DNA of 64,000 bases from Guillardia theta CCMP2712 (lineage: Eukaryota; Protista; Cryptophyta): NCBI RefSeq assembly GCF_000315625.1, contig NW_005434631.1, forward strand, positions 379,891 through 443,890, written 5' to 3'. The notes beneath the pieces are model-generated. The model was not told the origin of the DNA and did no database searches. It saw nothing but the letters and a program-made list of their open reading frames with translations. The position numbers and the translations under genes were made by a program. Below, in pieces: positions 27,900-37,092 of the stretch; the first letter of the stretch is position 1; the number at the start of each line of letters is the position of its first letter.

Positions 27900-30800
27900 C
27901 GCTGAAGTACCCGGCGACTCCAGCCCTAGTAACCTTGATGACCTCACGAGTAGCCGTTAGCGCTGATCGTCCTTGGCACTCCTGCTGCTTTCCCTCCTCC
28001 CCCTCATCAATTCTTCCCTCCCTTCTTCTCTCCCTCCCTCCCTCCCTCCACTATCGTGAATGTTCCTAGTTTTCATCTGCTGACACTCTACCCAAGAAAT
28101 GGTTGATATGTCATCCAATGTGATTGAGACATCCAAAGGGAGAGGAATAAAAGAGAATTTTGAAGAGGGAGGTTATGTCAATCGAAGGAATGCGCGGGAG
28201 AACTAAAGCAAGGGCAAAAGGAACGGCATCACGATAGGCTTATTCCTATCATAATTGACTTCTTCTCACTCCTTTGATCATATCATCTCCCCCTCTCCTC
28301 TCCTCTCTCCCCCTCTCCTCTCCTCTCTCCCCCTCTCCTCTCCTCTCTCTCTCTCCCTCCCTCTCTAACGTCTCATCACAGCATGGCAACTCTCGGGTGG
28401 GTGCTAGGGATACTGAGAGGCAGCAATAGAGTCCGCCTCAGAAACTTGACTGTCAACTGGCAGCATCGCGGCCCGGAAACTCGGCGGCGAGGGCCCCCGG
28501 GCCCGGGCGCCCGGCCGGCCGGTCGGACCGTGACTCGGTGACCGTCCGGGCCTTCAGGCTTAGTGCGGACTGTTTGCTTCACTTGGAGCAGTACCGTCAG
28601 CTCCTTGTCGGGGGCGGGCTGCCCGGCTTGTTCATGCTTCAAGCCGGGAGTCAGAGTCTGCTTGAGGCACTTTTTACCGTTTGTGCGTCGCCGGGAGCAA
28701 ACCGTGGTCACCAGTACTGGCCTCAGCGGGCGCAGGGCAGCCGAGACCGAGACCGCCATTGACGGCGACGATGCCGCACTGCTATACAAGGACACGGAGC
28801 CTCAGAGAGGCCACTGGCTCTTCAAGATGCTTCCACCGCCGCCGTCCGACGGTCCGGCCGTCGGAGGAGTCCGAGTCCGAGACCACTCAGTGACGAGTGG
28901 GGGATGACGGTCTTGCTTGTTCCTGCTTTCCCTTATCATCGAGTAAAACTCAGCTCTCCTCTGGCGAAGACTCCGAGCGGTGACCCCTCGGGCGAGCTTC
29001 GAGTCCTGCTTTGTTTTGCTTGAGGCACTTTTTACCTTCTGCCAGTAAATCCATCGTCAACCGCTGACTCGGCTACCGCTGACTCGGAGGCTAGCGAGGA
29101 GGACTACCCCGAGCGGTACCGTGCTCCTGTGTCCAGCCTCCCTCCGTCCGCTGCCCCAGGCGGACCCCCGGGCAACTAGAGGCAACGCCGTTGCCCGGCT
29201 CCTTGTCGGCGGCTGCCCTTTCTCCGTCCGCGGCCGCCCGCTTTGTGGCGGCAGCGGACGTCTCGACTGACAGTGGTCAGTCGGCTGCCTCCGGGTATCG
29301 CGTCTAAGGGATTTTATTCCTCCTGCATGCTCCTGCTGCTTGTTGCTTGATTGCTTGACCCTTAGGCGGCTTGTGTTTTGTGTGTGATTGTGCAGCTTCT
29401 CGCTGTGCGCTGTGTGCAAGCCGGTTTAGCTTGTTCCTCAGCTTTGTTTTGCTGGCGGTGCCGCGTCTGGGTGCCAGCAGTGCTGGTTCTTTTCGGGCTT
29501 GTGTTTTGTGTGTGTTTGTGCAGCTTCTCGCTGTGCGCTGTGTGCCTGGAGGTTTAGCTTGTTCCTGCTTTGTTTTGCTTGAGGCACTTTTTACCTTCTG
29601 CCACTGAGTAAATCCGTAGTACTTTTGCTTGAGGCACTTTTTACCTTCTGCCAGTAAATCCTATCAGTACTATCCTCCACTTCATTTGGTATCTGGTGGA
29701 GGACATCATTGCTCAGCGCTCGATGCCTCTCGGGGATGTGGCACTTCATTCCTGATGATGGACCTGCTGTTCCATTACCTGCTGCTGAGGTCTTGCCACC
29801 GGCTCACGCAAACGCGCGGCCACCTACCAGTGCCTCACCATGCAGCTGACGCTGGAGGCGCTCCTGCCTGGTGCGAGGCGCATGACTCCCTTGCGCGCGC
29901 AGGCGCTCCTCGAGCCGGAGGACACCTCCTCCTCGGACTTTGTCCGGCGAGTCGCCCGAGGAGTCTTCGCGGGAGGTCCGACGGACTCCGTCGGTGGAAG
30001 CATCAAGAGTGCCGGGCGCTGGAGAGGGCCCTCAGCTGGTCCGAGCTCGCCTGCTTTCTCCCCCCCGACGGGGTCCTTGGGCACTGCTGCAGCGTCGTCG
30101 CCGTCAATGCGGCGGTCTCGGTCTCGGCGGCCGCTGCGCCCGCTGAGGACAGTGAGGAGGACTGTTTGCGAGTCTTGGCTCGCAAACGCGCGGCCACTCA
30201 ATAGGCACAGAGCACACAGAAACAAAGCGGTGTACGGAACACAGCAACAAATACACTGCCAGCCCACGCGGGAAGCCACGTAGACAGCAGAGAGGGGCAA
30301 GCAACGAGCACCGTGATACCGGCACAGCAGCGCGCTCCTCGAGCCAGAGGACACCTCCTCCTCAGACTTTGTCGAGTCCCGGATAAACCTCCTGGCACAC
30401 AGCGCACAGCGAGAAGCTGCACAATCACACACAAAACACAAGCCCGAAAACGTCTCATGAGCACTTCATTCCTCCGCCTGCGCAGCGAAATGTGACCCCT
30501 CTTGTCATGCGCGTCTTCCCTCGCCATGTGCATGCTCGCGCTGCGCTGACCGATCAGCAGCGTGATATCCTCACCTTGCACAGCCGCAGGACACACTCGC
30601 TCAAGTCGCAGGATAGGGTCTTGCAGTCTACCATCTTCGCTCATTTTCCTGAGCGTGACCTGAGCCACTCTCCGATGCGAGTCTCGAGCTACTACCCCCT
30701 CAAGGCCTTCCCGCACCGCTATGCTCAGATGCTCGACTGCTATCTCCATGGCATGCCGATCTGCCAGTGTCCGACGAAATGTGATGGATGTCAGCGCGAG

Positions 30801-31662
30801 CTCGATCCCTCCGTTGCTGCACTGATCAGCAAACGCCGATCCTCCAAGCTTCCCACGGCGCATGACAACCTTACTCGTACGATTCGGTCGATGCTGAACG
30901 AAGCTGGTCTTCTGCTGCTGGTCCGAGCTCGCCTGCTTCCTCCCCGGCATCGGTCGGGTCACGCCGGTCCTTGGGCATTGCTGCGGCGTCGCCGCCGTCA
31001 CGGGCGGCTACCGCTGACTCGGCTACCGCTGACTCGGAGGCTAGCGAGGAGGACTACCTCGAGCGGTACCGTGTTCCAGTGTCCAGCCTCCCTCCGTCCG
31101 CTGGGCCCCAGGCGGACCCCCGGGCAACGCCGGCTCCTTGTCGGCGGCTGCCCTTGCTCCGTCCGCGGCCGCCCGCTTTGTGGCGGCAGCGGACGTCTCG
31201 ACTGACAGTGGTCAGTCGGCTGCCTCCGGGTATCGCGTCTAAGGGATTTTATTCCTCCTGCATGCTCCTGCTGCTTGTTGCTTGATTGCTTGACCCTTAG
31301 GCTGCTTGTCTGCGCGGCTTCGCGCTTGGGCTGGCGATGCCGCGTCTGGGTGCCAGCAGTGCTGGTTCTTTTCGGGCTTGTGTTTTGTGTGTGATTGTGC
31401 AGCTTCTCGCTGTGCGCTGTGTGCCAGGAGGTTTAGCTTGTTCCTGCTTTGTTTTGCTTGAGGCACTTTTTACCTTCTGCCAGTAAATCCATCGTCGCTC
31501 CCATCCTCATGAAGGGCGATATCCACATCCCTGGAATCCGCGATCGAGGGTCCGAGCAGTACGAGGGCTTGATGGCGGACGTGACGTTGGTCCACCCTTA
31601 CATTGGTAGCTCTGCCGACCTGACCAAGTGGGGGGAGGTCCGAACCTCAGTCGACGCCCTCC

Positions 31663-33486
31663 ATGTTCCAGCGTCTGAGAAGATTCGCACAACCGCGCGG
31701 GCCGAGGGAGCAGCGGCAGTCCGGCCAATCGTCTCAGGAGTCTGAGCCTGCTCCTCCGCCGCGACCTACGCTGTCCCTCACCTCTGCGAGCGAGCGCCAA
31801 AGACAGTTGGCGATTCATCAGTTCACTGCGGGTGACCTTCATCGGGCGGTACGGACACTACTGAGCTCCGGCATCTACAGGGCTGAATCTTTTGCTGATC
31901 TTCTTGCTGAAGCACAAGAGAAGTTCCCTGATGGTGCGTCGCCTGCCTTTGGAAGTGCTTCCGCGGCTCATCTCACACAGCAAGCGCTTGCAGTACTGCA
32001 GGTGGATTTGACTGACATCCTCGACACCACTAGCCTGATCCAGGCGATCAAGCGCTACAGCTCCTTTGCGGGGACCGATGACCAAGGGTGGAGGATTCGG
32101 CAACACCTGTCACCCCTTTCTAGTCATCCTGCAGCTTTGAAGCTCTACTGCAAACATATCCTCCAAGGGGTCCTTCTTGGCCAAATGCCGGATCTTCTTA
32201 TTCCTGCCCTGTCAGCCATTCGTCGAGGAGGCAGATTTATTCCCCTCTCCAAGGGAGCTGATAAACCTGGTCTCCGGCCAATTGTCATCGGTTCTGCACA
32301 CCGTCGACTCGCGACGAAGCTTGCTTTGGCAGCGATTCGCTCATTTCTTGACCAGCACTTCCTCTCGTCTCACCCTCGAGCGATTCAGTTCGGACTCGAT
32401 CGAGACGGCTGTCTGAAGTTCTCGCAAACCGCGTCAGCGCTCCTGCCCCTTCACGCTCGCGGTGATGATGAGGATGTTGCCAACCCCACAGTGCTGGTGA
32501 GTTTGGATGCAAAGAACGCCTTCAACTCCCTCGACCGCCAGGCTCTCTTCGATGCAATCGAGGGACGTGCGAGTCGCGACTACTTTGATGGGAGCATCAC
32601 TGAAGGCGCTCGCTTGCCCTCTTGCGAGCATCTCCGTTTGTTCGCCTCCTACCTCTCCAGCTACTATGGAGACTCTGCTGACCTTCGACTCTTTCACAAA
32701 AGTCAGTCAGCCTCCGTTCAGTGTACCTCGGGCGTCTGTCAGGGCAATGTCCCCTCCAGCGTATTTTTCTGCCACAGTATCCACCCCCTGCTCCTCCATA
32801 TCGCAGAGCTTTTTCCCGCTGACAACGTCGTGCTTGTCGGCCCGGGTCCACTCGAGGATGCCGTTGCCGCTACGTCCGCTATGAAGAAGTACATGTTGGC
32901 TGATCTGAAGCTAGAGATTCAACCTCGCGAGTCGAAAGTTTACATCCCCTCCTGGCACCAACACCCTGATCTCTCGCAGCTGAAGAAGAGCCTTAAGCGC
33001 CGTCTCAAGACTCAACTTCTTCACTTCGAGGTCGTCACTGGCGGGATTACACTTGGCGGCCTGCCTATCGGCACGGATGGATTTCATGCTAGTCAGCTCC
33101 GAGCGAAGGTTTCTACCCTCAACGAAGAGCTCTCGAAGCTCGGGCTCGTCCAGCATGGCTTCATGTTCAAGACGCTGGTGAGGGCGAGCCATCTCCAGAA
33201 GCTGCGCTTCTTCCTCCAGGGGTCTTCTCCGTTTCTCCCGCGGGTCCAATCACACACGGGCTGGATTCGTCGCTTTGACCTCTCTGTCCACCTGGCGCTA
33301 GAGAAATACCACCGCTGGCCTTCCTCGCAGTACCTCGCCGCGCATCCCGACCTGCTAGAGTTTGCGAGGTTCAAGCGGGAGCTTCCGCATAGTCGGGGAG
33401 GGGACGAGTTCACGCCCTCTGAGGGTCTACACCCCGCTGTTTACTATACGGCTATCGCTCGCTTCCTCGCTTGGTACAGGCTCTGA
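31663..33486 (+). pseudogene. Non-LTR reverse transcriptase ORF, probably inactive
   Basis: FIPLSKG..GLRPIVIG..RRL, QFG, LVSLDAKNAFNSLDR, GVCQG, LEIQPRESK, LGGLPIG. The YxDD motif is reduced to FPADN. The ORF ends at a frameshift relative to the sister copy at 34660. Confidence 0.85.
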
Positions 33487-34238
33487 CCAGCCGATGTCCC
33501 GGATGTTGCCCTCTCCTCATAGCCTGGACGTTTCCTGCTTTGTTTTGCTTGAGGCACTTTTTACCTTCTGCCAGTAAATCCATTACCTGCCTGTTCACTG
33601 CTCGAGATCTCTCCGTGCCCAGAAGCATCCTCTGGCGACCTTCTTCGTTGAGGCGCACGACTTCGTTCATAATGCTGGAGCGATCCTCTACCGTCGTGTG
33701 AGGGCTCCTGCACCGGCTGCAGATGGCGCGGCGATCCCACCTGCCCCGGCTGCTGTGCCTGATGACGCAGGACGCCCCCCCGCTGTGTGCCTGGAGGTTT
33801 AGCTTGTTGCTGCTTTGTTTTGCTTGAGGCACTTTTTACCTTCTGCCAGTAAATCCACTACTGCCCCCCGGCATCTGTGGTACACATCCCTGGTTTGCGC
33901 GCTCTCGTCGACTCGTCTCATGAGCACTTCATTCCTCCGCCTGCGCAGCGAAATGTGACCCCTCTTGTCATGCGCGTCTTCCCTCGCCATGTGCATGCTC
34001 GCGCTGCGCTGACCGATCAGCAGCGTGATATCCTCACCTTGCACAGCCGCAGGACACACTCGCTCAAGTCGCAGGATAGGGTCTTGCAGTCTACCATCTT
34101 CGCTCATTTTCCTGAGCGTGACCTGAGCCACTCTCCGATGCGAGTCTCGAGCTACTACCCCCTCAAGGCCTGGCCGCACCGCTATGCTCAGATGCTCGAC
34201 TGCTATCTCCATGGCATGCCGATCTGCCATACCAGACG

Positions 34239-37092
34239 GATGCCGTTGCAGCTACGTCCGCTATGAAGAAGTACATGTTGGCTGATCTGAAGCTAGAGAT
34301 TCAACCTCGCGAGTCGAAAGTTTACATCCCCTCCTGGCATCAACACCCTGATCTCTCGCAGCTGAAGAAGAGCCTTAAGCGCCGTCTCAAGACTCAACTT
34401 CTTCACTTCGAGGTCGTCACTGGCGGGATTCTCCGTTTCTCCCGCGGGTCCAATCACAGATTCGTCGCTTTGACCTCTCTGTCCACCTGGCGCTTGAGAA
34501 ATACCACCGCTGGCCTTCCTCGCAGTACCTCGCCGCGCATCCCGACCTGCTAGAGTTTGCGAGGTTCAAGCGGGAGCTTCCGCATAGTCGGGGTGGGGAC
34601 GAGTTCACGCCCTCTGAGGGTCTACACCCCGCTGTTTACTATACGGCTATCGCTCGCTTCCTCGCTTGGTACTCTGACCAGCCCATGTCACGGACCCTGC
34701 CCTCTCCTCATAGCCTGGACGTTCACTGCTCGAGATCTCTCCGTGCCCAGAAGCATCCTCTGGCGACCTTCTTCGTTGAGGCGCACGACTTCGTTCATAA
34801 TGCTGGAGCGATCCTCTACCGTCGTGTGAGGGCTCCTGCACCGGCTGCAGATGGCGCGGCGATCCCACCTGCCCCGGCTGCTGTGCCTGATGACGCAGGC
34901 CGCCCCCCGGCATCTGTGGTACACATCCCTGGTTTGCGCGCTCTCGTCGACTCGTCTCATGAGCACTTCATTCCGCCGCCTGCGCAGCGAAATGTGACCC
35001 CTCTTGTCATGCGCGTCTTCCCTCGCCAGTGCAGCTTCTCGCTGTGGACTGTGTACCTGCCGGTTCAGCTTGTTCCTGCTTTGTTTTGCTTGAGGCACTT
35101 TTTATCTTCTGCCAGTAAATCCTATACCTCGCCATGTGCATGCTCGCGCTGCGCTGACCGATCAGCAGCGTGATATCCTCACCTTGCACAGCCGCAGGAC
35201 ACACTCGCTCAAGTCGCAGGATAGGGTCTTGCAGTCTACCATCTACTGTGTGCCTGCCGGTTCAGCTTGTTCATGCTTTGTTTTGCTTGAGGCACTTTTT
35301 ACCTTCTGCCAGTAAACCCTATGAATCTTCGCTCATTTTCCTGAGCGTGACCTGAGCCACTCTCCGATGCGAGTCTCGAGCTACTACCCCCTCAAGGCCT
35401 TCCCGCACCGCTATGCTCAGATGCTCGACTGCTATCTGGGTGCCAGCAGTGCTGGTTCTTTTCGGGCTTGTGTTTTGTGTGTGATTGTGCAGCTTCTCGC
35501 TGTGGACTGTGTGCCTGCCGGTTCAGCTTGTTCCTGCTTTGTTTTGCTTGAGGCACTTTTTACCTTCTGCCAGTAAATCCTATCACCTTTTGCCAGTAAA
35601 TCCTATCTCCATGGCATGCCGATCTGCCAGTGTCCGACGGAATGTGATGGATGTCAGCGCGAGCTCGACCCCTCCGTTGCTGCACATCCAGACCTGCAAA
35701 CGCCGATCCTCCAAGCTTCCCACGGCGCATGACAACCTTACTCGTACGATTCGGTCGATGCTGAACGAAGCTGGTCTTCAGAGCGTCATCGATACAGTGG
35801 GGGATCCTCGTTCTCGACGGCAGGTACCCTCCCATCCTCATGGCCGCAAGATGAAGGGCGATATCCACATTCCTGGAATCCGCGATCGAGGGTCTGAGTA
35901 AATCCTATACCCTGAGCAGTACGAGGGCTTGATGGCGGACGTGACGTTGGTCCACCCTTACATTGGTAGCTCTGCCGACCTGACCAAGTGGGGGGAGGTC
36001 AACCTCGACGCCCTCCATGTTGCAGCGTCTGAGAAGATTCGCAAACATCGCGCTGCATATGCCATGACTACTCCTCCTCGAGCGTTCATCCCTCTTGCCA
36101 TCTCGACGGACGGTGCCCTGCATCCTGACACCCTCCGCTTCATCTGGTATCTCGCGGACATCATTGCTCAGCGCTCAATGCCTCTTGAGGATGCGGCGTT
36201 TGGTCGGCACTTCGTGCCTGATGACGGACCTGCTGCTGAGGTCTTGGCTCGCAAACGCGCCGCCACCTATCAGCGCCTCACCATGCAGCTGACGCTGGAA
36301 GCGCTTGCGGGCGCAAGCACTTCTCGAGCCAGAGGACAGCTCCTCCTCGGACTTTGTCGAGTCGCCCGAGGAGTCTTCGCCGGAGGTCTCCGACTCCGAT
36401 GGGGGACACCCTTCGAGTGGCCCCGACGATCGGCGCGGAGCTGGCGAGGCGTCTCCGTCCCTCACTGTGACGTCGGGTGCCTCCGGAGAGCTCGACACCA
36501 CTGGGGTGCTTGCTGCTGGTCCGAGCTCGCCTGCTTCCTCCCCGGCATCGGTCGGGTCACGCCGGTCCTTGGGCATTGCCGCGGCGTCGCCGCCGTCACG
36601 GGCGGCTACCACTGACTTGGCTACCGCTGACTCGGAGGCTAGCGAGGAGGACTACCTCGAGCGGTACCGTGTTCATGTGTCCAGCCTCCCTCCGTCCGCT
36701 GCCCCAGGCGGACCCCCGGGCAACGCCGGCTCCTTGTCGGCGGCTGCCCTTTCTCCGTCCGCGGCCGCCCGCTTTGTGGCGGCAGCGGACGTCTCGACTG
36801 ACAGTGGTCAGTCGGCTGCCTCCGGGTATCGCGTCTAAGGGATTTTATTCCTCCTGCATGCTCCTGCTGCTTGTTGCTTGATTGCTTGACCCTTAGGCTG
36901 CTTGTCTGCGCGGCTTCGCGCTTGGGCTGGCGCTGCCGCGTCTGGGTGCCAGCAGTGCTGGTTGTTTTCGGGCTTGTGTTTTGTGTGTGATTGTGCAGCT
37001 TCTCGCTGTGGACTGTGTACCTGCCGGTTCAGCTTGTTCCTGCTTTGTTTTGCTTGAGGCACTTTTTATCTTCTGCCAGTAAATCCTATACC
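34239..37092 (+). mobile_element. 5'-truncated LINE copy with thumb, zinc knuckle, RLE and complete 3' UTR, interrupted by four self-insertions
   Basis: CDGC...HIQTC, AHDNL, KGDIHIPG, ADVTLVHP, EKIRKH, FIPLAISTDG (PD-(D/E)xK type), followed by a 3' region ending CAGTAAATCCTATACC. Confidence 0.85.

Noticed and set aside
28480-28560. HDV-like ribozyme at the 5' edge of the LINE cluster
   Set aside because: I could not assemble the nested double pseudoknot by eye; a covariance-model search would be needed.
31663-33486. Penelope-like, telomerase or DGR/retron reverse transcriptase
   Set aside because: The motifs (DAKNAFNS, GVxQG, downstream CCHC and RLE) fit early-branching non-LTR elements. 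No GIY-YIG domain and no adenine-specific TR/VR pair is seen.
35310-35322. TAAACCCT / TAAATCC as a telomeric repeat at the element end
   Set aside because: Only one copy matches TTTAGGG and it is never tandem; chance is sufficient.
35029-35911. Inserts acting as spliceable introns (introner-like)
   Set aside because: They lack consistent GT...AG boundaries that would restore the reading frame.
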